Positions 12,001 to 23,394 of a DNA stretch of 64,000 nt are shown here, piece by piece; positions within the stretch are counted from its first letter, which is position 1, and every line of letters begins with the position of its first letter. A program made the position numbers and the translations under genes. The stretch is from Camelus dromedarius (Eukaryota). Below the pieces are notes generated by a model. It saw only the letters and a program-made list of their open reading frames with translations, did not search any database and was not told the DNA's origin. Location of the stretch: contig NC_087445.1 in assembly GCF_036321535.1 (NCBI RefSeq), positions 78,182,001 through 78,246,000 on the forward strand, in the 5' to 3' direction.

Positions 12001-13289
12001 AACCGAGGGCGTCCCTGGCCTCCACTGCTGCATGCACTTTGTGCCAAGGCCTGTGCTGACCAGGGAAGGCCAGATCGTCACGGGGCCCTGGCAGGGTGGG
12101 GGTACTTGGGGAGGGGCCGCTGTCCCATGCTGACACTCTGCGCTCCAAACTTCCCCAGAGCACCCTGTGGACAAGGCAGTGTCGGGAAGGCAGCAGCCTC
12201 CAGCCAGGCTGGTGCACCCCAGCCCGGGTGTCCCGGCACAGAGGGCTGGTTTCGGTGGGTCCTTGGAAGGGTTTAGGGTCAGGCGGGGATCGCTGGGGTG
12301 GGGTTGGTGCCTGCAGCGGGGAGGTGGAGGCCAGGCACTCGGAGGTCTGGGAGGGAGCTGCTGCCCCAGCTTCTGCCCGAGACTAAGGGGTCTTTTTGGA
12401 AGGTCATGGAAAACCACCCAGATGTTTGCAGCTTCTCCCCCAGGGAGTTCAAGGAATGGGGATTGGCTCCCCAGACCCCCACCCAGGCTGGACGAGCCCC
12501 CGCTCAGGACAAGCCGCCCCAGGCCCAGGGCGGGGGGAGGTGGCCGAGGACACACTCCCTGGTCAGGTGCAGGCCCTTCCCGCTGTTGTGGGGCCCACGC
12601 ACACGCCCCGGCGGCCCGAGGGAGGGCAGGCTGTGCTCTTTCCTCCGGGGTGGCTGGGGCGGGCCACATGCCCAGAGCATGCCCTCCTCCTCCCCGACTG
12701 CCCTCCAGCCCCTAGGACCAGCGTGTGGGTGCCCACCCCCTCTAGGCTGGGCTTCCCTGGCCCTTGCCCTCCCCCTGGCATGACTGCGGAACCCCTGACC
12801 CAGCTCTTCCCCCAACTTGGTTTTGGAGGTGTGCAGAACAGCGTGGGGGCTGGCAGGTCCAGGCTCTGCACTGTGTTCCCATAGCACGAACGCCGCGGCC
12901 CTGACCCCTGGGGACTGGGATAGGTCGTGCTTCCTGTTGCGCCAGGAGCATCCTGTTCTGCATGCACAGTGGCAGGGGTGCAGCGGGGGTAGGGCTGGGT
13001 GGGGGAGGCGCTGCCAGCCTCAGACCCCCAGGAAGGGGGCCAGTGGGGTGCAGAGCTGGTGGGGGGTCTCAGAAATCAGAGTGCAAGGCTCAGGGACCTC
13101 CCTGGGGGCTGCTGGACCCCCTCCCCAGGCTGAGACCCAGAGGCCCCCAGCTTTGATGGGCTGGATCTGAGGTGGGCCCCGCCCCTGCCTAGCCCAGTCC
13201 CAGGCCCTCTGCGCCCACCTCTCCTGCCTGCCCTGAGGCAGAGGGTGAAGGGGGCCCGCCTCCGGTGGGGGGTGCCTGCCAGGCAGGCA

Positions 13290-13296
13290 CATAAAG
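13290..13296 (+). promoter_or_regulatory. TATA-like box of LCN12
   Basis: CATAAAG about 65 nt before the ATG, the same spacing class as the PTGDS and LCNL1 boxes. Confidence 0.55.
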
Positions 13297-13354
13297 AGAT
13301 GAGTCTGAGCCAGCAGCACCGGCGGCCACTTCTCTTGCCTCTGTCCTGGCTGGG

Positions 13355-16300
13355 ATGGGGCCCTGGTGTGCCCTGTGGGTGCTGCTGGCCCTGCTGAGAG
13401 ACCTGAGGGGCCTGACCGCGGACCAGGCACTCAGCAGCTCAGTCCTGCGGAGCTTCCAAGCAGCTCAGGTCAGGAGCTGGTCGGGAGGGGGGTGCAGCTG
13501 GCCGGGGTCCAAGTGCAGGGAGAGAGGAGGACCATGCCCGCCAGGGGAGTCCAGCCTAGCCAGTCCTGCTCTCGGCACCCCTACCCTGACCTCCAACAGA
13601 AGGGGACCCTAGAGAGACCTTCCAGGGCCCGCCACTCCCTCTGTAATCCCTGCCAGTCCCTGTGAGGTGGGGACATCTCAGTCCCTCTGCACACATGGGA
13701 ACCTGAGGCTCAGAGCAGCCAGCCATGGGCCAGGATCACCACCCCCTGCCAGACCCAAGGAGTCCTGCCCACGGGAGCGGGGTGGGCCCAGCCGGAGCCG
13801 TTGCCTGGGGAGGGGCCCTGGGGGCTCCTGGGCTCCACCACCCCCAGCCTCCTGCAGTTCCAGGGGCTGTGGTTCGTTCTCGGCCTGGCAGGCAGCACCC
13901 ACAGGACTGTGGACAGGTCCCTGCTGAGCCCTTTCACAGCAACGTTCGAGCTGCGTGAAGACAGCCGCCTTGAAGTGTCGTACGCCATGATCCGGTGAGT
14001 GAGGGCACTGGGCCTGTGCCCCTAGAAGCCAATGGCTCTGTGACTCGGGCCCACCCTGGGTCTGGGCCACATTCTCCCCAGGCCTTCCTCCTAATGTGAC
14101 TTCCAGCATGGGCTGCTAATGACCCAGTCCAGCTCTGGGGGTGTACACAAACAAGGGCAGGCACTTACTAGATTACAGACTCGGAAGAGCCCGCGGGCTA
14201 ATGGATTTCAGGTACAGCTGGATCCAGGAGCTCAACGCTGTGATCCAGGCCCCATCACCCCCTCTTTCTCCTTCTCTTAGCTTGGCCTGCCCTAGATTTC
14301 TGTTCGAGCAGGTTCTCACCTCACAGGGGTAAGACAGTGGCTGACCCTGCTGTCCTTCTCAGGGTCCCAATTCCAGAAAAGAGGGAACATCCAAGCCGGC
14401 CGGCTGGTGGTATCTGATTGGCTCTTCTTGAGCCGTGTGCTGCTCCAGGACCATCTGGGGTGACAGGCGCTCTGGTGGGCTGGCCGGGATGCCCCGTTGA
14501 GGGGAAGTGGGGAGCCTTGATGGGCAACTCTGGGAGCCCCTGGAGGGCGGTGCAGCCCTCCTGGGGGGAGCTGATGCTGCGAGGGCCCCTCCCCTGGCAG
14601 CCCCTCCTGCAGGCTCCGTGGCCTTGCTTGCTCACTTGCCAGAGACCCCTTTGCTTAGGGCTGTTTGGTTCCAAGTAGCATGAAACCGTAAGCCTAAGCA
14701 AGGCGGTCTGTCCGCCAGGGGCAGCTCCTGAGGCCAAGAATGGGACTCAGTGCAGCCTCTGAGGGACAGCACCCAGCCCCTGCGCTGGCCCGCCGCCGGC
14801 CCTCAGAGCCTCGTGTGGGCTCAGCCGCGGCGGACCCCCGCCTGGGCGTCTCGGAGGCTGATTAGGTGGGGAGAGAGGGACCCGGGGCAGAAGCAGCCTC
14901 GGAAGCCTTGTGGGCAGCCCCAGTGCTCCCCCACCGGCAGGCCAGGCGGCGTGGCCCAGTTGCTTCTCAGGCAAGTGCATTCACCTGGCCCTTCACTGGG
15001 GACTGAGGAGAGGGAGGGAGGGAGGCCAGGCCCAGCTCCGCCCTCTCGCTCCCCCCACCCTGCCCGAAGCCCAGGGCTGCTGGCTGGGGTGCTGGCCCCC
15101 AGCTCTCCTTCAGGGCCCCTTGCCGCCCAGAAGTCTGCTTCTCCTCCGAGCACACTTCAGGTCCTGCTCCAGGCTAGGGAGTGGTCCACAGGGTGGGGGG
15201 GCTGGACTGAGGCTGCACAGGGGAGAGCTCGCCCCCAACTCTTCCAGGAGGGGGCGGTCCAGACACCTGACAGACCAGGGCGGAGACACCCCTCCAGGGA
15301 GAGGCAAAGTCCCCAGCCGGCCAGGCCCTGCTCAGGGCTCAAGACCAGGGGCTCCCCTGGTGAGCCGGCCTGGGCAGCCCCTGTGAAAGGGGACGACGCT
15401 GGTGGCCCAGCCAGGCTCTGGAACCTTCCTCCTCTGCCTCTCCCCCACCCCGACAGGGGCCGTCGCTGTGTGACCTGGTCTTATGTACTGATTTCGGGGA
15501 CCCAGCCTGGGAAGTTCTCGGTGGACAACAGCGGAGGTGAGGCGGCGGGCAGAGGGGAGGACAGCCTGGGGGTGCTGGTGGGAGGACCCTGACTCTGTGG
15601 CCCTGACGCCCCCAGTGCCCGGGGGAGACCCAGAGGAGGTCCAGGTGTACGACACCGACTACACCACGTTTGCCCTAGTGCTCTCCAGGAGACAGTCCGG
15701 TGACCAGGGGATCCTCAGGATCTACCTGCTGTGTGAGCCCCTCGCCCTGCAGCCATGGTGGAGAAGGGGGGTGAAGGAGGGGGGCACCTCAGGGCAGGGG
15801 CCACCCGCCACTCACTACCCACCCTAGTGGCTGAAGGCCACGCCTTGTTCCTTGGGCCCCAGGCAGGATGTGGGCCATACAGACTGAGGTGCTAGACAAA
15901 TTCGTCTGCCTGGTCAGAGCGCAGGGCCTCTCGGATAACAACATTGTCTTCCCGGACTTGACAGGTAGCCGGCTCCCGGGGTGCGCTGGGGGCCTGGACT
16001 GAAAGTGGGCGTCTGCCCTTGGGCCCCCGAAGCCCTGCGGTGGCCCTGTGGTGGGGGGGGGCCACAACCTGCACTCGAGGTCACATGTGGGGTCCCAGCA
16101 CCCCCAAGTGTTCAGCCTGAGCCCGAACTAGGCTACATGACTCCTTGGTCTTCCCCCCACCACCCAGGCCCCAACCTAGGCCACCCCCTCCTCACTCCAG
16201 GAGCATTTCCCACTGTGTTTCTTGCCTCTGGCCCTTTGCACGTGCACAAGAACAGGCACATCCACTGACAGGCATGTGCACAAAACACGTACAGATGCAC

Positions 16301-16591
16301 ACACAGAGACGTGCAGAGCCTACACACGAGCATATGCCACGCACACACGCGTGTGCACAGGGAGAGAGGCACTCCGGCGCACACAGGCTCCCAAGCATGC
16401 ACACTGCACACCCATGGTGCCCAGGTCTGCAGTGAGTCTGGGGACCCGAGGTGGTGGTGGGGCGCTTCCTGAGGAGCCCAGGCTGGGGGCAGGACAGCGC
16501 CCTGGGGTGCATGTCCCTCAGCCCCACCCTTCCCCTTCCCCTGACGGGACTGCAGGCTCCCTTCCTCCCTCCCTCCTGCCCCTCCTCCTCT

Positions 16592-16640
<49 letters not shown>

Positions 16641-16747
16641 TCAGCCTCCCTTCTGGCTCCGCCCCCTCTCTCCCTCCAACCCCACCCCTCCGTCCTGAGG
16701 CTCTGTCTCTCCCCGCAGACTGGTCACTCCACCCAGATGCCTGTTGA
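13355..16747 (+). CDS. LCN12: Epididymal-specific lipocalin-12, 6 coding exons, 192 aa
   Basis: Exons: 13355-13468, 13858-13994, 15457-15536, 15616-15732, 15863-15964, 16719-16747 (579 nt). Signal peptide MGPWCALWVLLALL, motifs FQGLWFVLGLAG, DTDY and RAQGLSDNNIVFPD, terminal Cys (HPDAC*). Position between C8G and PTGDS fits LCN12. Confidence 0.92.
14150..14450 (+). mobile_element. Old MLT1-type LTR relic in LCN12 intron 2
   Basis: GATTTCAGGTACAGCTGGATCCAGGAGCTCAA and a downstream CTGATTGG. Confidence 0.4.
16594..16639 (+). repeat. (GT)23 microsatellite, LCN12 intron 5
   Basis: Perfect dinucleotide run. Confidence 0.95.
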
Positions 16748-16799
16748 AGGATGAGGTGCTTCCTCCCCCAGCCAGGTGCTGCCTCACTGTCCCGTGTGA

Positions 16800-16805
16800 A
16801 ATAAA
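16800..16805 (+). terminator. LCN12 poly(A) signal AATAAA
   Basis: 53 nt after the stop. Confidence 0.8.
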
Positions 16806-19800
16806 CACGCCGGGTTGGGATCCAGGAGTATGAACAACAGTACTCGTGGGGTGGGCGAGCGGCGCAGGTGGGGACCCTCGGCTCCAGGGGCCAGGACTGC
16901 CTCTGGGCACCCACGCCCGTCCCCAGCCCGCCAGTGCCGGCCTCACACCCGCTGGGGCTGCACATGCGAGCGGGTGTCTCTGCATGTTGTGCGGAGCTGC
17001 ACCAGGTCGTGCCCAGAGCAACCCCTCACCCTCCCCGACCCCTTGCTGGGTGACTCCGCAGACCCTGGGGCCCCGGCACACAGGGAGGACCCCACGCAGG
17101 TGCCCCAGCCTGGGGAGGGGGGAGGGGCTTCCTGCCAGTGGGGATGTGGGGACAAGTGGCCCACGTCTGACCCCCCCCCCACCGGCTGTAAGGGCGCTTC
17201 AGGAGCAGAGAGCTACAAGCCGGGACACTGCGTCCAAGCACGCACGGACTGCAGCCTACCTGCCCTCCCCTCCTGAGCCTCCCAGACCCCAGGGAGGAGC
17301 AGGGAGCACCCAGAGCCCCCGTGGAAATGGCCTCACCAGAGGGCAGAGGGCCTCCAGGGAGACCCCTGCTTGGTGCCTGACCTTCACCTCCAGGAATCTA
17401 CCCTCCAGAGGTGTCCGGGGCAGGGGCTGTTTAAAACCCCTCAGAAGACAGACCTCCCCGTGTCCCCTTGGCGGTGGAGCCTGGTTCCACAGGCACGTCG
17501 CCTGGGCAGGTTGGGCCAGAAACCAGGCAGATCCTGGAACGGGAAGCTGGCCCCGCCGGCCCCAACGGAATCACCCCAGCGACAGACCCGAGGGGCGCCA
17601 GGCGCGGCCCCTGCCACCTTCAGGCCACGAGCTAGCGTGTCCGAGCCCCCAGGGCACAGGCTGCCGAGGCACAGGTTGCGTGGCCGTCGCCCTGTCTCAT
17701 GCTCCGAGTGGCGCCTGTCACAGAGGAGGCTGTGGACACCAACCCGTGGATAACTGCAGGGGATGCATGGTAGAATGGACGGGTGGCTGTAGCGGGACGG
17801 AAGGGTGGAGATAGGGGTGAAGGTGTCTTGACCTAAGGAGCGTGTGGTTAGGGGTCCTTCCTGCCTGCACGAGCCAGGGATTGGCCACTCTGCTGCGGGG
17901 GCCAGCAGCTGGGTTGTAGCCCAGGGGTCTCCAAGGCCATGGTCTCGCTCCCGCCTCGCTCGCTCCTTGGTCCTTCCCTCCCTGACCCATGGTATGCCTG
18001 TGGGCAGAGCTCATCCTGAGAGTCAGGTCCGAGCCCTCACCAGCCCGGGGCCTGGGCCAGGCAGGGGACAGCAGCTTGGGGTGGGGTCTGGATGCAGGAC
18101 CAAGCAGAGAAGAGGACGGGCCCCTCCCTGCCCCAACCACGTGAGTGGGACCTCACAGGCCACATTCTCCCCCTTAACCCTGCACAGACCTGCAGGAGAG
18201 GGTCTTCAGCTCCCTCCACAGATGGGGAAACAGGTTCAGGAATGCTGACCGCTTGGCAGGGTCACTGGACCCCTGGCCTCCCCAGAGTGCCGGGTCTGTG
18301 GTTCATGCTCAGCCCAGCAGGAAGCACGGACTCAGCTCCACGGTGCGGCTCCCTGTGTGCAGGCGGGAGCCGTCTCCTCTTGAACCTGGGGCTGCACCCT
18401 CGGGTGGTGGCCGGCTCCCTAGACACAGGCACAAGCAGAGTGAGACACCTGGGTCACAGGGCTGCTGGTTCCCCCCCAGCAGAGGGAGGGAGGAACCACA
18501 GACCCATTTCAAGGGGCTTCAGCTGCCATGTGTGTCACCATAGGAGGACAGAGGTGCCTCCTTTAAAAGTTGGAAGTACAGTGCCTGACTCAAAGACTCA
18601 GGCCTGTGGGCAGAGGGGACGGGTCCCCACCCTTCCCTGACAGGTAGCCCTGGGGACCCTGTAGAATGTCCCTGACCCCCTGCCCTCCTGCCTGGCCCTG
18701 TCCTCCAAGAGCAGGGCCTTTCCCAGAGAAGGTGTGGGGTGATTGGTGGCCCCCAGCCCAGCAGGTCCAGATGGCCCCGACTTTGGCCAAAGTCAAGGCG
18801 TAGCCCTGCAGGGTCAGTATAGCCGCCCCCGCCCCCACCCCTGCTGGCCTGAGGGCTGTCACAGCTGTCCTGCTGGCCGGCTGCCCGGGACACCCACCTC
18901 GGCCCATCCCACTGCAGCCTCTCTCTGAGCCTGGCCGGACGGTCCCCCTCATGCTCTGGGTGGTGTGGTTACCAGCCTGTCCCCAGGCTGGGTCAGCATC
19001 ACCTGAAACCCTACCTTCCGCCTTTTCCATGAGCAGAAACCCTGGAAAGTCAAAATGGCGGGGGCCTGGGGCCAAAGACACAGGTGGGTCCAGCCAGCTC
19101 TGGACACAGACTCACCAGCACCTGAACCTTTAGAGGCCAGAAGACCTGCAACCCCCAGGTGGGCTCAGCCCCTCACTTCTCTCAGTAATCCATCCCTGCA
19201 GTCAGGATGTGTGGCAGCTGTGTGACAGGCAGGGACCTAGGTGGGCGAGGGCCCCAGGCGGCACCCCCCACAACAGGGTGCTGACGCAGCTGGCTTGGGC
19301 TGGGTGGACGCGCGGGCACAGTCTGAGTAGCAGCCGTGACGTTGCTGGGCCAGTGCAGTGCCATTTTCTTCTGCATCTCCCGGGTCCCTGAGGGCGGTGA
19401 GATGGAGGGGAGGACAGAGCTGCATCTGGATGGACAGTGACTGCCCTGGCAAGAGAGACCTCCCGGGGCCCTGGGGGACCATTTCAGGGAGAGCAGCCCC
19501 CATGAGGGAGAGAGGGCCCTTGAGGTCTGGGACCCTTTGTGGCCCCATGTCTGCATCTGAGCTGGCTGGGGCTTGACTGCGTGGTGGGGACAGGCCAGAG
19601 CAGCCAGAGGCCACAGTGGTGGGAGGGCAGCTGCGGGACCGTGGGAGCTCAGAGAGAGTGGGGACGTGGTCTCTGGCCACCGCAGAGCCATCTCAAGGAT
19701 AGCCCTGAGACGGCGCCGTGTGGTCGGGCCACCTGGACGGAGCCCACCGCTGGGTCTGCAGGGCCTGCACGTGAGCTAGGACTCCGTGATGGATGCAGAG

Positions 19801-19989
19801 CTGCCAGCTGTGCCGCCCAAGACAGCCTTGTAGGGATGGTCCTGTGCTGGTGACCCCAGCCGATCTGGAGTGTCCACCTTTCTTCCGTCTTTCCCTGCCC
19901 TCCGTGTACGGGGGGCCAGTTTCGGATTTCATCGGAACTCCAGAGGGTGTGGGCCAACACCACACCATGACGTTACTCAGCCAGAAACA

Positions 19990-20150
19990 GGAAGGAAATT
20001 CTGACACTCGATGACACTCTTGAGGGAAAGAAGCCAGACACCAAAGGCTGCCCGTTGTGAGACTCCATTCATATGAAATGTCCAGAGGAGGCAAATCTAG
20101 AGACAGAAAGTGGGTCAGTGGTTTCCAGGGGCTGGCGGTGGGGGGCAGTT
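19990..20150 (+). mobile_element. L1MB-type 3' end fragment
   Basis: GAAAGAAGCCAGACAC...CCATTCATATGAAATGTCCAGA...GGCAAAT...AGAGACAGAAAGT...GTGGTTTCCAGGGGCTGG. Confidence 0.6.
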
Positions 20151-20479
20151 GGGAGCCCCTGAAAAACTGAAGGCTGGGGGCTGGTCTCTGGCAAGACAGG
20201 GTGAGGTTAGAGGGAGGCCATGTCCAGCCCCACCCTCAACCCCCAGGGAAGGAGGAGCTGGGTGAGCGAACCACCAAAGGTTAAGGGAAGAAACCCGGGA
20301 AGGAGGGAGGGGAGGGGGAGAGGAGGGAGGAGTTCAAGCAGCCACCGGCCCAGACGGAAGCCTGAGGCGACTGAAGCGGAGGCCAGACGCTCATGGGGTC
20401 ACACTGACACCCTCAAGTGGAATATTTAGACAAACTGGGGAAGTTCTGAAACAAAGCAAAACACGTAATAAGCTGGCAC

Positions 20480-21350
20480 AAGAGGGCAGAGAAGTTGGCG
20501 GAGGATGGGAGACGGAAGCCCACCGTCGCTGCACCTGCCGGCGCGGGCCCCCCCGGGGGTGCGTCGGGAGGTGCCCGGGGTGCCCACTGGGGCCACAGGA
20601 CAGCCGTCTGTGGGACGCGCCCGCCGGGCGTCCCCGCTGAGCAGGGCAGGACCAGGAGGGGAGGAGGGCACGCGGGAGCGTGCCACGAAGCCCCTCCTCC
20701 CACTGTGCGCCTCCAGCCCCCACATTGACTAACATCCTGCCGGGCAGCAGAGAAGATCTGTCCGCAGGGTGTGGCTCCCAAACACGAAGGGCAGCAGAGG
20801 GCAGATCTGGGCCGGGAGTTACTAACGCGATGCCGGGCGCGCCTGCCCCTTGGGCGGCACACCGCCCTCGCGCTCGCTCCCTTCCCCGCGCTCGCGAACT
20901 GCCCGACAGGATGGGGAATCGGTGACTCCCCCCAACGGGGGGTCCCTCCTACAGGCGAGGGAGGGGCGCACCCTTCTCCCGGCACGGGCGCCGCGCCGTC
21001 CCCGCCCCATCCCGCGGTCGCCGGACCACTCCCTTCTCACAGCCAGCCGCAGTCCTGCTGAAGGTTCCGCTTCCAAAATACAAAGCTGTGACGTTCATCT
21101 CAGCGGCACGTGCACGCAGCAGGCGTGGGAAGAAGGAAGGGGAGCCCAAAGACGCTGGCGCGGCCCAGGAGCCGGGGTTCTCCCCGTGGACCGACCCTCG
21201 TCTTAACTCCCAGGTGCCTGAGCCTCCCAGAGGCCTTCTGTTTGGGGGCTGTGGTCCTGTAGGCGTGGGAGGCCCGCGTGGCCCTCCGGGGAGCCCCCTG
21301 CAGCCACAGCGCCCCCGCCCTGGTTCTGCGCAGACACCCAGTTTCCTTCC
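20480..21350. promoter_or_regulatory. Orphan CpG island in the LCN12-PTGDS interval
   Basis: CpG-dense stretch with TGACGT (21089) and CACGTG (21107), and no coding exon nearby. CpG ratio not computed. Confidence 0.6.
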
Positions 21351-22525
21351 CGGTTGGGACCGGTCACTTCAGCCAGTAGGAGAATCCCTCTTTCTGCTCG
21401 TCAGTTGGGGGCATGACAGCCCCAGATGGCCTGCCGGGGGCTGCCACATTCTCTAATTCAGTTACTGTGTCCCCTGGTGGGGGCCGAGCTGAACATTGTC
21501 GGGACAGGAAGTAGCCCACGGGATGTGTTAGTGAGAAAGGCCCCCGGACCCCTGGTTCTGTACCCCAGCTGGCACTGGGGGAGCGGGCGCCACATGCGTG
21601 TTCACAAGCATGTGCATGTTCTGGGGTTGAGAGCGTCCCTGCATCCTCTTGAGACGGAAGCGCTCCTTCTGGGCGCTGCCCCCGCTGTCACCGTCATCGA
21701 TCCTCAGGAAGCCAGTCCACGGTTCCAGGGACTGGGCGCACATGAGGACAGGGCTGTCCAAGGCAGGAACCCACCCTGCGTACTTCCTTTCTGTGCAGAA
21801 CGCCAGGATGTGGTGGCATCCTGTGGGCCACGATGGTGACGTGGGCCCGCCCAGCGCAGCCTGCCCATCAGACTCGGTGGGTGAGTGTCAGAAAGGGGCC
21901 AGGAGGCAGGCACCCAGCTCCACTCCTCCCACATGTCGCCCTCCCCACCCGGTGACCAGGCAGCCAGGCTAAGCACAAGGTCGGTGTGGGAGGCCTGGGT
22001 GGCGGGGACAGGGGCCTCGTGGGAAGCCCTGGCCCCTTCCATCCTGTCTCAGGCCCCGCAGGGATGGGGGCCGTGCTGGGACAATGTGGAGGGCAGACCA
22101 GGCAGGGCTTGTCCTGATATGTTGGCCTGTGAGGGTGGCACTGGGACCCGGGAGGGCTGCTGGCTGGAGCCATGTGGCTGGCCCCCACTGTGGGCCCTGA
22201 GCCATGGCCTCAGGCCCTGTGGGCAGCCAGATCGCGTCTCTTTATCTTGGCCTGAGATCTTCCACCACCATCTGGGCCTGCTGGGCCCAGGCCCAGCCCC
22301 CTGGGGGCTTCCAGAGCTGACTCTGCTTGTTTTCTGGCAAAGGAAGGGAGGGGGCAGGTGGGCTGGGGGTACCAAGTGGTCGGCCAGGGGGGCCGGACCT
22401 GTGGGTGCAGAGCTGGGCTGGAGCCCCTCCCACCCCCGGCCTTGGCCTCTGCCCTCCTCTGGGTCCTGAGGCCTCGCCCACTCTGGCCCCTGGGGAAGCA
22501 CCTTTTCCCTGCAGGCCACTCAGAG

Positions 22526-23394
22526 GGTGATGCCGGCCACCCTGACATCCAGCCCCGGGACAGTGCAGGCTGAGCTGCGGCCACCGGGCACCTCGGCCTC
22601 CCAAGCCTTCTCCAGCAAGCCCACCAGCCAGGGAAGACTGGCCATGATGGCCCTGGGGTGCCTGGGGGCTGGTCAGAAAGGGCCTGGTGGGCTGATTGCT
22701 CAGGAGTCCCCCATGGGCCGCCAACATACACACACACACCGTGGTGACACAGGGACCCTGCGGAGGATGGTGCCACATGGTTGGGGACCCCACGTGCAGC
22801 CCAGGGCCACCCCAGTCCAGAGTGACAGGGTGTGGGGATGTCCCTCTGTTCACCTGGGGCATGGGGAGGCCTGCGAGATCTGTCCTCCCAGCCTCCAGGG
22901 AACCTCTGCTGGGAAGAGAGAGGGGGCGAGGCTTGTGTGTAGAGGGGGCTTGGTGAGGGGGCAGGGCACCACCCAGGGGCCATGGGGCAGGTTCCCAGGG
23001 ACAGGGGCTAGGTGAGGCCTTCAGGGCCAATCTGAGCCTGACAAGGGGGCCCCTACCAAGCTGCTCACCTCTGCAGGCCCTCTGACCTGGCCAGGGAGGC
23101 AGGTGGGAGGGTGGGATCCCAGCAGTGAGGTGGCTGACAGGCCAGGCTCCCCCTGCCCCAGGTAAGCTGACCAGTTCTTAGGAGGGAGGGACAGGTCCTA
23201 GCAGGTGAAGAGGCCCACCGCCAGTCCAGCAGGCAGAGCCTTTCTGACCAGCCCCCGCGCACCCCAGGGCCATCATGGCCAGTCTTCCCTGGCTGGTGGG
23301 CTTGCTGGAGGAGGCTTGGGAGGCCGAGGTGCCCGGTGGCCACAGCTCAGCCCGCACTGTCCCGGGGCTGGATGTCAGAGTGTCCAGCATCACC
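22526..23394. repeat. Inverted repeat: 156-bp arms (22526-22681 and 23239-23394) with a 557-bp spacer
   Basis: Manual alignment of the left arm with the reverse complement of the right arm gives 8 mismatches and no indels (~95%). Confidence 0.93.

Noticed and set aside
16846-17814. 322-aa ORF downstream of LCN12
   Set aside because: Low-complexity GC-driven translation with no recognisable motif or flanking gene signals.
21528-21761. Protein-looking minus ORF (WTGFLRIDDGDSGGSAQKERFRLKR)
   Set aside because: No family recognised and no convincing splice sites. A tblastn conservation test would be needed to revive it.
22210-23030. Overlapping 257-aa and 262-aa minus-strand ORFs, and matching peptides in ORFs 22527 and 23178
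   Set aside because: The shared peptide simply reflects the inverted repeat. There is no coding signature.
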